Below are positions 18,027 through 27,081 of a stretch of DNA of 64,000 nucleotides, in pieces (the first letter of the stretch is position 1; each line of letters opens with the position of its first letter). A model generated the notes under the pieces. The model had not been told where the DNA came from. It did no database searches and saw only the letters and a list, made by a program, of their open reading frames with translations. Position numbers and translations under genes: made by a program. Source of the DNA: an uncultured Gemmatimonadaceae bacterium (lineage in GTDB: Bacteria > Gemmatimonadota > Gemmatimonadetes > Gemmatimonadales > Gemmatimonadaceae); assembly GCA_963822945.1 (NCBI GenBank), contig CAWGJO010000022.1:8182-72181 (forward strand), written 5' to 3'.

Positions 18027-18920
18027 ATGACCGAGAAATTGCGTCGAATCCTCGTAGGAGTGGCCGCGGTCGGGGTGGTCGTGCTGGTGGTCGTGTGGAT
18101 CACGCGGCCGGGCACGGCGACGGCGGATCTTGCCATCGTGACGCGGGGGCCGCTCCAGGTGACGCTCGACGTGGACGGCGTGACGCGCGTGCTGCACCCC
18201 ATCACCGTCCGTGCGCCCGTGTCGGGGCGACTGTTGTCGACCACCCTCGAGGCAGGTGAGGCCATCAGGCGCGGCGATCCGCTGTTCACCATCGTCGCGG
18301 GCCGCAATCCGTCGTCGGTGAGTGAGGCGGGGCGCGTGCAAGTCCGGGCGCCGCTGAGCGGCCGGGTCTTGCGCGTGCTGGAGGAGCACGAGCGGCTCGT
18401 CCGGGCGCGCACGCCGCTGATGGTCGTGGGCGATCCGCGCGACGTGGAAGTCATCGCATCCGTGCCTTCGGCGAATGCCTCCGACGTGCAGGTGGGCGAG
18501 CAGATGGTCGTGCGCCGGGTGGACTCCGAGACGCCGCACTCCGCGTTCGTGACGCGGATCGATTCGGGCGCCGCGCCCGTTTCGGAAGCGGGACCGGTGT
18601 TCGTCCACGGCGAGTTCCGTTCTTCGCCGGGGGCGATGGGAGACGGCGCGCACGTGGCCGTCTCGATCGTGCTCTGGGAGGGTACCGACGTGCTCCGGAT
18701 CCCGCGCACGGCGCTGGTCGCCGTCAAGGGTGGGTGGCAGGTGTTCCGCGTGCAGCGGGGACGGGCCAGGCCGGTGGCGGTGACGGTGGGCCACCGCGGC
18801 ACCAGCCAGGCGGAGGTGGTGTCGGGTCTCGCAGAGGGAGACACCGTGGTGGCGCTCCCCACTGAGCAGGTCCGCGCCGGGACGTGGATCAAGGGTGTGG
18901 TGTACGGCCCCGGTTCCTGA
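18027..18920 (+). CDS. HlyD-family membrane-fusion / periplasmic adaptor-like protein, with no partner transporter in the window
   Basis: In-frame part of ORF 17844..18920 starting MTEKLRRILVGVAAVGVVVLVVVWI. Barrel-sandwich motifs VRAPVSGRL, VQVRAPLSGRVL; C-terminal VTVGHRGTSQAEVVSGLAEGDTVV. Confidence 0.7.
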   Translation: MTEKLRRILVGVAAVGVVVLVVVWITRPGTATADLAIVTRGPLQVTLDVDGVTRVLHPITVRAPVSGRLLSTTLEAGEAIRRGDPLFTIVAGRNPSSVSEAGRVQVRAPLSGRVLRVLEEHERLVRARTPLMVVGDPRDVEVIASVPSANASDVQVGEQMVVRRVDSETPHSAFVTRIDSGAAPVSEAGPVFVHGEFRSSPGAMGDGAHVAVSIVLWEGTDVLRIPRTALVAVKGGWQVFRVQRGRARPVAVTVGHRGTSQAEVVSGLAEGDTVVALPTEQVRAGTWIKGVVYGPGS

Positions 18921-18964
18921 ATGGTTGGGAGGCGCGCACCGCGCGTAGCACGGGGACTCGCGCC

Positions 18965-18993
18965 TTGATTAGCCTCCGGGGGCGGTGTAGACT
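18965..18993 (+). promoter_or_regulatory. sigma70-type promoter candidate for tRNA-Gly
   Basis: TTGATT-17 nt-TAGACT, ending 24 nt upstream of the tRNA. Confidence 0.45.
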
Positions 18994-19016
18994 TTGGCGG
19001 ACAACGAGCAGGATTT

Positions 19017-19089
<73 letters not shown>

Positions 19090-19111
19090 CTGAACCAACC
19101 TGTTGACATCA

Positions 19112-19149
19112 CGCGCCTTGCCGCTCCGCGAGCGGCGGGCGCGTTCTGT
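19112..19149 (+). terminator. hairpin terminator candidate after tRNA-Gly
   Basis: CGCGCCttGCCGCTC-cgc-GAGCGGCgGGCGCG followed by TTCTGT. Confidence 0.45.
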
Positions 19150-19226
19150 ATGCGCCGCGGTCGTTTGACATTCCCGTGACGGACCGGGAAACTGGAGGCG
19201 TCCGCCACCCGCCTCCAACGCCGACC

Positions 19227-20378
19227 ATGCCCGTCATCACCAACATCGAAGACCTCCGCCGCCTGGCCCAACGTCGTGTGCCGCGGATGTTCTACGACTA
19301 CGTCGCCTCCGGCAGCTGGACGGAGAGCACCTTCCGCGCCAACGTCGACGACTTCCAGTCCATCAAGCTGCGGCAACGCGTGCTCGTGAATCTCGAGAAC
19401 CGCAGCACCGCCACCACGATGGCCGGCACGCCGGTGTCGATGCCGGTGGCGCTGGCCCCTACGGGGCTGGCCGGCATGCTGCACGCCGATGGCGAGATTC
19501 TCGCCGCCCGCGCCGCGGAGAAGTTCGGCGTGCCGTTCACGCTGAGCACGATGAGCATCTGCTCGATCGAAGACGTGGCCGCGCACACCAAGGCGCCGTT
19601 CTGGTTCCAGCTCTATGTGATGCGTGATCGCGATTACATCGAGCGGCTGATCGGGAGGGCGACCGCGGCCAATTGCAGCGCGCTCGTGCTGACGGTGGAC
19701 CTGCAGATTCTCGGCCAACGTCACCGCGATCTGAAGAACGGGCTGTCGGTGCCACCGAGGTTCACGCCGGCCGGCATCGCGAACATGATGACCAAACCGC
19801 GGTGGTGCCTGGGCATGCTCGGCACGAGGCGCCACCACTTCGGCAACGTCATCGGCCACGTGAAAGGCGTGGAGAGCCTGCGCTCGCTGTCGGAATGGTC
19901 GGCCGGACAGCTCGACCCGAGGCTGAGCTGGCGCGACGTGGAGTGGATCCGCGGATTGTGGAAGGGCAAGCTGATTCTGAAGGGGATCCAGGACGTGGAG
20001 GACGCGAAGCACGCCGCCGACTCGGGCGCCGACGCGCTGATCGTCAGCAACCACGGCGGCCGTCAGTTGGACGGCGCAGAGTCGAGCATCCGCGCGCTGC
20101 CGGCGATCGTCGAGGCGGTGGGCTCGCGCATCGAGGTGCACATGGACGGCGGCATCCGATCCGGGCAGGACGTGCTGAAGGCGTGGGCGCTCGGCGCGCG
20201 CGGCACCTACATCGGGCGCGCCTTCAACTACGGGCTGGGTGCCCTGGGCGAGGCCGGCGTGACGCGGGCGCTGGAGATCATCCACCGCGAGTTCGATCTC
20301 ACGATGGCGTTCTGCGGCCGCACCCAGATCGCGCAGGTGGACCGCAGCGTACTCCTGCCCGGCAGTTACCCCGCCTGA
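19227..20378 (+). CDS. lldD: FMN-dependent alpha-hydroxy-acid dehydrogenase (L-lactate dehydrogenase-like)
   Basis: In-frame part of ORF 19176..20378 starting MPVITNIEDLRRLA. Collinear with E. coli LldD: PVALAPTGL, FTLSTMS, WFQLY, SNHGGRQLDG, DGGIRSGQDV. Confidence 0.85.
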   Translation: MPVITNIEDLRRLAQRRVPRMFYDYVASGSWTESTFRANVDDFQSIKLRQRVLVNLENRSTATTMAGTPVSMPVALAPTGLAGMLHADGEILAARAAEKFGVPFTLSTMSICSIEDVAAHTKAPFWFQLYVMRDRDYIERLIGRATAANCSALVLTVDLQILGQRHRDLKNGLSVPPRFTPAGIANMMTKPRWCLGMLGTRRHHFGNVIGHVKGVESLRSLSEWSAGQLDPRLSWRDVEWIRGLWKGKLILKGIQDVEDAKHAADSGADALIVSNHGGRQLDGAESSIRALPAIVEAVGSRIEVHMDGGIRSGQDVLKAWALGARGTYIGRAFNYGLGALGEAGVTRALEIIHREFDLTMAFCGRTQIAQVDRSVLLPGSYPA

Positions 20379-20387
20379 CCGGCGCGC

Positions 20388-20672
20388 CTACGCCGGCCGC
20401 CAGAACCGCACCGACCAGTCGTCGTCGGCCAGCGACTCCATGTGGTACACGAACCCCCGCTCCGACAGCATCCCGATGAGCGGAACGGGCGCCAGCGTCG
20501 CACGCACGTGAAGAACGTGGGTGGCCGGCAGCGCGTCCACGGCGGCCATGATCTTCGAGAAGGGCTCGCGGCCCGTACGGAGATCCTCGCGCACGTCCAC
20601 TTCGGTGACGGGGGCGTCGGCGGGGAACTCGACGAACGCTCCGTCCGGCGTGACTGCGTAGATCCGACTCAT
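20388..20672 (-). CDS. DUF2249-family small protein
   Basis: Tail of the composite ORF 20388..22196: MSRIYAVTPDGAFVEFPADAPVTEVDVREDLRTGREPFSKIMAAVDALPATHVLHVRATLAPVPLIGMLSERGFVYHMESLADDDWSVRFWRPA. ATG overlaps the upstream stop (ATGA). Confidence 0.75.
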   Translation of the reverse strand: MSRIYAVTPDGAFVEFPADAPVTEVDVREDLRTGREPFSKIMAAVDALPATHVLHVRATLAPVPLIGMLSERGFVYHMESLADDDWSVRFWRPA

Positions 20673-22000
20673 GCCGACCCCCGTGGCGATGCGGGCGCCC
20701 GTGGCACTCCCCAGCGCATACGCGCGACCTGGGAGGCGAACAGCAGCGCCGAGAACAGGAAGAGCAGGGCGCCGCCGCGCGCGACGCCCACCGCGGACCA
20801 CCCGATGCCCGCCAGCAGCAACACAACACCCGCCACGTGCGCTGTCAACTGCCACCGGGCGGCGCGCGCGGAGTACAGGTCGGTGACGGCGGGCACGCGT
20901 CCCCGGTTGAGGCGTCCCCCGAAGCGGGACGTCCACGCCAGCGTGGGCATGATCTCGTAGAGAAAGCCGGTGACGAACGGCACCAGGAATCCGAGAATGC
21001 CGGTCACCACGTACGCCGTGGCCAGCCGCGTGTGCGCCGGTCCGAGGGCGAGCAGCACGGGACCGAGTGCGGCGCACGCCGCCAGGAAGGGAAGACTCGC
21101 GCGCACGAATCGCATCCCCGTATCCAGCCGGCGCGACCGGGCGCGGTAGAAGAGGTACGTCTGCCAAAGGAACGCGGCGACTCCCGCGTCGAGCAGCAGG
21201 GCGCCCGTCCACGTAACGGCGCGCATCTGCGTCACGAGTCCAACGGCGAGCACGGGCACGCCAAGCGCCAACAGGAGGAGTGCGCGCCCACTCCAACGGC
21301 CGTCGGCGCTGTGCGCCACCATGAACATCGGCATCAACCGCCGCGACACGCCGACGATGACGATGAGGCCCCATCCCACGAGGGCCACGTGCAGATGCGC
21401 GGCGAGGATGCGCACGCGCGCGGCGGCTACGAAGCCCGTGTGCAGGTTGTGGCTCAGCACGAGACCGAAGGCGAGGGTGAGCGCCAGGAAGGCGACGCCG
21501 AGGGCGATCCCAGCCCAGGTAACGTCGCGCGTGCGGCCCCGCGGGAGCGTGGCGGCGACATTGCCCACGGCCAGCAGGGTCCCTGCGGCGACGAGCAGCA
21601 CGCCGGGGATCATCACCGGCAGGGTGCCCTCCGACACGCCGTACGCGAACAGCGCGATGCCGGGGGCGAGGAGCCAGAACGCCACGTGGCCGAGTCGCAC
21701 CGACCAAATCGGAGCGCCGAGCGCCATGGGCAGCAGTTGGCCGAGCGCGCCGAAGATGGTGAGGGTCAGCCAACCGAGCGTGAACAGGTGCGTGACGCCG
21801 GCGACGTGCGGATCGAGGTACAGGCCGCTGGCGAGTGCGGGCGCCACCCAAACGACTCCCGCCGCGCCGGCGAGCAGATACGCCGAGGCGGCGGCGAGAT
21901 GCTCTCCCACGAGGCGCCCCGACGCCCGCGGGGCGGGACGGGGCGCGGCGGGCGCGGCGGGCTGCGGGTGTCGTCGAGTCGCGCCGCGCCGCCGGGGCAA
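20669..22000 (-). CDS. 12-TM integral membrane protein with repeated His/Gly/Pro helix motifs (distant heme-copper-oxidase/NnrS-like; function unknown)
   Basis: ORF 20669..22000; about 12 hydrophobic helices counted by eye. Motifs VTHLFTLGWLTLTIFGALGQLLPM, AAHLHVALVGWGLIVIVGVSRRLMPMF, TGILGFLVPFVTGFLYEIMPT. Exact start uncertain. Confidence 0.7.
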   Translation of the reverse strand: MPRRRGATRRHPQPAAPAAPRPAPRASGRLVGEHLAAASAYLLAGAAGVVWVAPALASGLYLDPHVAGVTHLFTLGWLTLTIFGALGQLLPMALGAPIWSVRLGHVAFWLLAPGIALFAYGVSEGTLPVMIPGVLLVAAGTLLAVGNVAATLPRGRTRDVTWAGIALGVAFLALTLAFGLVLSHNLHTGFVAAARVRILAAHLHVALVGWGLIVIVGVSRRLMPMFMVAHSADGRWSGRALLLLALGVPVLAVGLVTQMRAVTWTGALLLDAGVAAFLWQTYLFYRARSRRLDTGMRFVRASLPFLAACAALGPVLLALGPAHTRLATAYVVTGILGFLVPFVTGFLYEIMPTLAWTSRFGGRLNRGRVPAVTDLYSARAARWQLTAHVAGVVLLLAGIGWSAVGVARGGALLFLFSALLFASQVARMRWGVPRAPASPRGSA

Positions 22001-22189
22001 CGGCGGCGTGTTGCGTTCGGGGATGATGTTCGACCTTCATGACGCACGTGCTCCTGTTCGGTTCGGACGAAGGGTGACCGTGGCAGCCGGTCCGGGACGT
22101 GACGGATGTCGCACGGCGGCCGGTCGCCTGACGGGGGCCGTCCTCGTCGAGCGGCGGGACGAGGGGGCCGGGTGTGGTCCGGGGTGCGA

Positions 22190-22203
22190 GTGACAACAGT
22201 CAC
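22190..22203. promoter_or_regulatory. CRP/FNR-type palindrome candidate in the divergent intergenic region
   Basis: GTGA-CAACAG-TCAC (GTGA-N6-TCAC), 86 nt upstream of ATG 22289. Confidence 0.3.
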
Positions 22204-22288
22204 GCGGCGCGTCCATGCGATCGGGCAGACTGGAGGGGTGCCCGAGTCCGGACTTCGCCGGGCCCGTTCAACCGACGAGGAAATCAAG

Positions 22289-22492
22289 ATGGCGACTGCT
22301 CACGCATTCGATCCGACGCTCACCGTGAACGAGATGATGGCGCGCGAACCGCGCACGATCGCGGTGTTCAACCAATTCGGCATGGACACCTGTTGCGGCA
22401 GCGGCGTGCCGATTGCCGATGCCGCGCGGCGCGACGGAGTAGCGCTCGAGGTGCTGCTCGCCGCGCTTCGGTCGGCGGTGGGGGCGTCATGA
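22289..22492 (+). CDS. ScdA_N (DUF542)-like small protein
   Basis: In-frame part of ORF 22106..22492 with RBS GAGGAAA. MATAHAFDPTLTVNEMMAREPRTIAVFNQFGMDTCCGSGVPIADAARRDGVALEVLLAAL (D-x-CC-G-x-G signature). Confidence 0.75.
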   Translation: MATAHAFDPTLTVNEMMAREPRTIAVFNQFGMDTCCGSGVPIADAARRDGVALEVLLAALRSAVGAS

Positions 22493-22824
22493 ACGTGTAC
22501 CAGCCGGCGGCCATCGCGGCGGCCGCTCCGTCGGCGCGGCCCGACCGGCCGGCGATGGCCATCGCCCACGACTCGCCCGACGCGCGTCTGGTGGTGTTCC
22601 GGATCGAACCGGGACAGCAGGTGGCGCCGCACACCAGCGCCTCGACCGTGATCCTGTCGGTGGTCGCCGGATCGGGTCTCGTCTCGGGAGCGGACGGCGA
22701 GCATCCCGCGGGGCCCGGGGACGTGGTGGCCTACGCGCCCGACGAACGGCACGGGATGCGGGCGCTGGCCGAACCCTTCGTGGTGCTGGCCACCATCGCG
22801 CCGCGGCCGGGCGGCGGGCAGTAG
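22489..22824 (+). CDS. cupin-domain protein
   Basis: In-frame part of ORF 22174..22824. ATG overlaps the upstream stop (ATGA). VFRIEPGQQVAPHTSASTVILSVVAGSGLV...GDVVAYAPDERHGMRA. Confidence 0.75.
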   Translation: MNVYQPAAIAAAAPSARPDRPAMAIAHDSPDARLVVFRIEPGQQVAPHTSASTVILSVVAGSGLVSGADGEHPAGPGDVVAYAPDERHGMRALAEPFVVLATIAPRPGGGQ

Positions 22825-22830
22825 CGGCCC

Positions 22831-23286
22831 ATGCACTCCCTCGTGCGGCGGTACATCAAGACGGCGATCGGGTTTCTGATCGTGGGGTTGGGCATCGGCG
22901 GCTGGATGATCGTCCGCCGCGAGATCTGGCAGCGGTATCCGGCACCCTACGAGGTGAGCGCGCACACCCATGCCATCTTCGTCGGGTTCGTGATGATGAT
23001 GATCATGGGTGTGGCGCTCTGGTTGTTTCCGCGGCCGGAGCGCACGGACACGCGCTACCGGCCGGCCGTGGCCGCCGCCGCGTACTGGTGCGTGACCGTG
23101 GGAACCGCGGTGCGCGTGGTGGGGGAGTTGCTGCGGACGTCCGTCGCCGACGGCTGGCTGCGGTGGGCGGTCGTGGCGAGTGCGTTCGTGCAGATCGCGG
23201 GGATCGCGCTGTTCTTCCACACGATGTGGTCGCGGATCCGCGCCGTCGGCAGCCAGGCGCGCGAGGCGGCGGGCGAGCGGTTCTGA
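22831..23286 (+). CDS. 4-TM membrane protein carrying a heme-copper-oxidase helix-X-like motif
   Basis: ORF 22831..23286. SAHTHAIFVGFVMMMIMGVALWLFPR compared with my recollection of COX1 helix X, [23 protein letters not shown]. Confidence 0.7.
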   Translation: MHSLVRRYIKTAIGFLIVGLGIGGWMIVRREIWQRYPAPYEVSAHTHAIFVGFVMMMIMGVALWLFPRPERTDTRYRPAVAAAAYWCVTVGTAVRVVGELLRTSVADGWLRWAVVASAFVQIAGIALFFHTMWSRIRAVGSQAREAAGERF

Positions 23287-23492
23287 GGCGCAGGGACTCC
23301 TGATGCGCCGGCCGCGGCGAGATGGTGTGGACCCCTACAAACTCGGGAACTCTGCTGACTCCCAGCGTCGGCCGGCGCCGGCATATTCACGGTGTTCACC
23401 CGGCTGGTGCCGCGCGCGGCGGGCAGTGTTGCCGGGCGGGAGAGCGCCCGCCGGGGTGAACGACCTGCCAGCACTCGCATCGGGAGGGCGAT

Positions 23493-23726
23493 ATGACCAA
23501 GGCCACGAAGAAGCTCGCGCGGCGCGGCAAGTCCGCGGCCCGGAAGGGCTATGAGAAGGTGGAATCGAACGTGATGGCCGCGGTGGGGCGAAAGACCGTC
23601 AGGGGAAAGGCGAAGATCGCAAAGACGGTGGCCAGCCGGGCGGCAAAGGGGGCGTTGATCGCGGGAAGCGTTGCCGCCGCCGGCGTGTTGGTGTCGGAAG
23701 TCAGGAAGCGCCGCAAACCCGCATGA
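23493..23726 (+). CDS. small Lys/Arg/Ala-rich protein with a C-terminal hydrophobic anchor, function unknown
   Basis: ORF 23493..23726. RBS GGGAGGG, GC-rich third positions, stop overlaps the next ATG (ATGA). Confidence 0.55.
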   Translation: MTKATKKLARRGKSAARKGYEKVESNVMAAVGRKTVRGKAKIAKTVASRAAKGALIAGSVAAAGVLVSEVRKRRKPA

Positions 23727-24703
23727 TGCGTGCTGCCGCCAAGGGGAGGCGATGTCGCCTCCTCGCGGTGGCGATGTTCGCGGGGTTCGCCGCCGCCTGG
23801 TCGGTGCCGGCGCAGCAGAGCGATACGTCCTACACGGGCTCGATTGCCGCGATCGCGCGACGCCAGGCGGTAGATGACAGCATCGCGGCGCCCGGCGCGC
23901 GGAGCATCCTGTTGCTCCGCGGGGCGCCGACGCCGAGGGTGATGGTGCTCCTGCACGGACTCACCGATTCGCCGCGGCAGTTCGAAGCGTTGGCGTATCT
24001 GCTGTACGCGGACGGGAACAACGTCTACGTGCCACGCCTTCCGCAGCATGGGTTGCGGGGCGGGAACGTCGACGCGCTTTCGGCGCTGACCGCGGCTCAG
24101 TTGCGGGGCGTGGCGGATTCGGTGGTGCGTGAGGCGCGCGGGCTCGGGGACTCGGTGGTGGTGGTGGGCCTGAGCATGGGCGCCACGGTGGGTGCCTGGA
24201 TCGCGCAGCAGCGTCCCGTCGCGCGCGCGGTGCTCATCGCGCCGGCGATCGAGCCGGGGCGCATCCCGTCATTGCTCGACCGTCCGCTCATCGGCCTTGC
24301 CGACCGCTTGCCGAGCATGACGCGGCGATCGGCGCCGGACCCCGACCGCCCTGATCGCGAACCGGGATTCGACTTGCGGGCGGCAGCCGAGATCTTCGAG
24401 CTCGGGAACGCCGTCCTGCAGGACGCCGAGCGCGAAGCGCCGCGCACGCCTGAGATCACGGTTCTGGTGAACGCCGCCGACCGCACGGTGAAGGAATCAG
24501 CCGCGGAAGCGATGGCGCGCCACTGGGCACTGCACGGCGCGACGGTGTCGGTGTTCGAACTGCCCGATTCGCTCCGGCTGCCGCACAACATCATCGATCC
24601 GCTCCGCGGCCGTGTCGGCGGCGCCCAGGTGCTGGAACTGCTCCGGGAACTCGCCTACGGGTGGCCGCCGGCCGCGCTCGCGAGACGGCTTCCCGTGCGC
24701 TGA
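23723..24703 (+). CDS. secreted alpha/beta hydrolase
   Basis: Signal peptide ...AVAMFAGFAAAWSVPAQQ; VMVLLHGLTDSP; nucleophile elbow VVGLSMGATVG; C-terminal LPHNI. Confidence 0.8.
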   Translation: MMRAAAKGRRCRLLAVAMFAGFAAAWSVPAQQSDTSYTGSIAAIARRQAVDDSIAAPGARSILLLRGAPTPRVMVLLHGLTDSPRQFEALAYLLYADGNNVYVPRLPQHGLRGGNVDALSALTAAQLRGVADSVVREARGLGDSVVVVGLSMGATVGAWIAQQRPVARAVLIAPAIEPGRIPSLLDRPLIGLADRLPSMTRRSAPDPDRPDREPGFDLRAAAEIFELGNAVLQDAEREAPRTPEITVLVNAADRTVKESAAEAMARHWALHGATVSVFELPDSLRLPHNIIDPLRGRVGGAQVLELLRELAYGWPPAALARRLPVR

Positions 24704-24714
24704 CCGGGCCGCGG

Positions 24715-26385
24715 TCAGGGGTCGGCGGTCAGAAGACGCGACTGCTCCGGGTTGAAGCTGCCGACGAGGTCGATGGACGAGGCGCCGAACCGCACCGCCG
24801 CCGCGTGGGCCCGCCGGTCGTTCTCGTGATCGAGCGACCACTGCGCATGTTGCGCGAGGAACGCAGCGGCGGTGGCGCGCCCCAGCGTGAGCGCAAAGCG
24901 ACGGGCGTCGGCCTCCCGCGTTGCGTCGGTGCGTGAGGGATGTTCGGCCAGCCATTCGCGCGCCGCGCGGAGGGCCGCACGTACACGATCCCCCACGACG
25001 ACGAGTTCCGGGTCGGGCACGTCCGCCAATGCGAGGTCCACGGCGCGGATCAGCGGCACGATTCCCTCGGTGCCGAGCGCCCGCAGCGCGTCGAGCGAGA
25101 GCACGTTGGTGGTGCCCTCCCAGATGGTGAGCACCTGCGTGTCGCGCAGGAGCACGGGGAGCCCGGTGTCCTCCACGTATCCGGCACCGCCGAACGACTC
25201 CAGCACCTCCGACACCACGGCCACAGCTTGTCGCCCCGTCGTGAGCTTGACCACGGGCGTGAGCAACCGGAGCAGCGCCTCTTCCTCCGCACTCGCCTGG
25301 CCAGCCTCGACGCGTCCCAGCAGTTCCACCAGCCGGAAGGTGAGGTGAAACGAGGCCTCGAATTCCGCCTGGAGTCCGGCGAGCGTGTCCGCATGCAGCG
25401 GCTGCTCGGCGAGTGGGCGCCCGAAGGCCCGGCGCAGCCCGGCATAGGAGCGGGCGAGCGCCAGGCCGCGCCGCATGTAGGCCAGCGCGGCCACCGAGTT
25501 CCAGGTGCGCGTGATGTTGAGCACGGTGCTGATGGCGCGCACGCCGTTGGCGAGTTCGCCCACGGGAATGGCGGGCGTTCCGTCGAGGGTGAGTTCCGCC
25601 GTCGGCAGCTTGCGGGTGCCGAGCTTGTCCTTGAGCCGGTCGACGGACAGGTGATTCGGTGCGCCGGCATCGTCGCGCGTCTCGACGTAGAACATGGCGA
25701 GTCCGCGGCCGCCGGCCGGATTGCCCTCGGGGCGCGCCAGGGTGAGTGCCATCTGCGAGGTGATGGCCGAGGTGAACCACTTGCGTCCGTACAAACGCCA
25801 GCCCGCGCCGTCATCGTGGCGCGCGACCGTTTCCGAGGGCGCGACGTCGGAGCCACCGATCTGTTCGGTCATCCACTGCCCGCTGGTCCAGAATCGGGCG
25901 GGGTCGCGGCTCGTGAGGTGGGGCAGGGCGCGGTCGATGAGCGCCTGGTTGCCCGACACGACGAGCGCGCGCGCCGCGCCGTCGCTCATGGCGAGGGGGC
26001 AGGCGTAGATCTCGGTGGAGGCCGTGAACAGGTACACGAGGGCGAGCTGCAGCACGCGTGATCGCTCGGCGAGCGGACGCTCGTACGCCAGCGCCACGAG
26101 CCCTTCGCGGGCCGCGATCTCCTCGGCTCGGCGCCAGAGCGGGGTGGTGTCGATGCGGTCGATGCGGTTGCCCCACGCGTCCCACTGCACGAGGGCCGGT
26201 TCGAGCTCGCGTTCGGCGAGCTGCTGCGCGTACAGCTCGCCGCCGGCGAGGGCGCCCAGACGTTCGAGTTGTGGTATCGCGGCCCGCAGTTGGTCGGGGC
26301 CCAGAACGCGCGCGAGATAGCTGCGCAGCACGCGGTCGTCCGTGTATTGATTTCCGAGGCTCGGCGGGGTCTGGATGAATCCCAT
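24715..26385 (-). CDS. acyl-CoA dehydrogenase family protein (AidB-like)
   Basis: In-frame part of ORF 24715..26517 starting MGFIQTPPSLGNQYTDD. WMTEQIGGSDV, KWFTSA, TRKLPTAEL, IWEGTTNV. Confidence 0.9.
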   Translation of the reverse strand: MGFIQTPPSLGNQYTDDRVLRSYLARVLGPDQLRAAIPQLERLGALAGGELYAQQLAERELEPALVQWDAWGNRIDRIDTTPLWRRAEEIAAREGLVALAYERPLAERSRVLQLALVYLFTASTEIYACPLAMSDGAARALVVSGNQALIDRALPHLTSRDPARFWTSGQWMTEQIGGSDVAPSETVARHDDGAGWRLYGRKWFTSAITSQMALTLARPEGNPAGGRGLAMFYVETRDDAGAPNHLSVDRLKDKLGTRKLPTAELTLDGTPAIPVGELANGVRAISTVLNITRTWNSVAALAYMRRGLALARSYAGLRRAFGRPLAEQPLHADTLAGLQAEFEASFHLTFRLVELLGRVEAGQASAEEEALLRLLTPVVKLTTGRQAVAVVSEVLESFGGAGYVEDTGLPVLLRDTQVLTIWEGTTNVLSLDALRALGTEGIVPLIRAVDLALADVPDPELVVVGDRVRAALRAAREWLAEHPSRTDATREADARRFALTLGRATAAAFLAQHAQWSLDHENDRRAHAAAVRFGASSIDLVGSFNPEQSRLLTADP

Positions 26386-26524
26386 GGTGGCACTCCATTG
26401 CGGCGAGACGGCCGAGCGCCGGCTCGGTCCATTCGAATCATACCATGGTTGCGCGCGGGGCTGCGGCGAGTCGGTTCGTCGTGTCGTGGCGTGGGTTGGG
26501 AGCAGCCCGCGGGCCACCCCGGCC

Positions 26525-26995
26525 CTACGCCTGGGAGAGGGCGACCACGGCCAGGCACCACGCGACCACGCTCAGCGCCACGCGCGCCCAGTTCCAGCCG
26601 ACCCAGCGGCGCACGACGCCACCGACCGCTGCCGCCGACATACCGGCGCCGTGCCCCAGGAACAGCCCCTTCAGGGTCGGGCGAAAATAGAACATGGTGC
26701 TCGCCAAAGCGGTCAACTCGAGGAGGGCCGAAGTCACGATCCAGGTCCGTGCGGGCTGGGGCGAGCGCCAGGCGATACCGAGCGCACCCAGCGCGAGGAG
26801 CCCGGCGACCGGTGTCACGAAGGCCCAGAATGTCATGCCGGCGTTGATGGCCACCTGCCCGAACGGGTTGCCGGCTGCGAGCGTTTCCGGGACACCGCGC
26901 GACCAGAGCGGCACCACGACGCGCGATTCGTACAATCCGGCGCCGATGTTGATGCCGAGCGCCACGACGAACAAGTCCAACACGATCCGGGACAT
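26525..26995 (-). CDS. DUF1772 (anthrone-oxygenase-like) 4-TM membrane protein
   Basis: In-frame part of ORF 26525..27175 starting MSRIVLDLFVVALGINIGAGLYESRVVVPLW. RBS AAGGAGGAG. Confidence 0.65.
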   Translation of the reverse strand: MSRIVLDLFVVALGINIGAGLYESRVVVPLWSRGVPETLAAGNPFGQVAINAGMTFWAFVTPVAGLLALGALGIAWRSPQPARTWIVTSALLELTALASTMFYFRPTLKGLFLGHGAGMSAAAVGGVVRRWVGWNWARVALSVVAWCLAVVALSQA

Positions 26996-27027
26996 CCGCT
27001 CCTCCTTGCGATTGGCAATAGAATGGC

Positions 27028-27042
27028 TAGAGTAATACTCTA
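27028..27042. promoter_or_regulatory. candidate TetR operator
   Basis: Perfect inverted repeat TAGAGTA-A-TACTCTA, flanked by ATTGG...CCAAT, in the 86-nt AT-richer gap between the divergent DUF1772 and TetR genes. Confidence 0.35.
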
Positions 27043-27081
27043 TCCAATATCGGACGTCAACATTCGGCGCCGGGAGGGCCA

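Noticed and set aside
20388-22196. 602-aa minus-strand composite ORF
   Set aside because: Only its last 94 codons (the DUF2249 protein) are convincing. The rest is an out-of-frame overlap of the 12-TM membrane protein gene and is Arg-rich.
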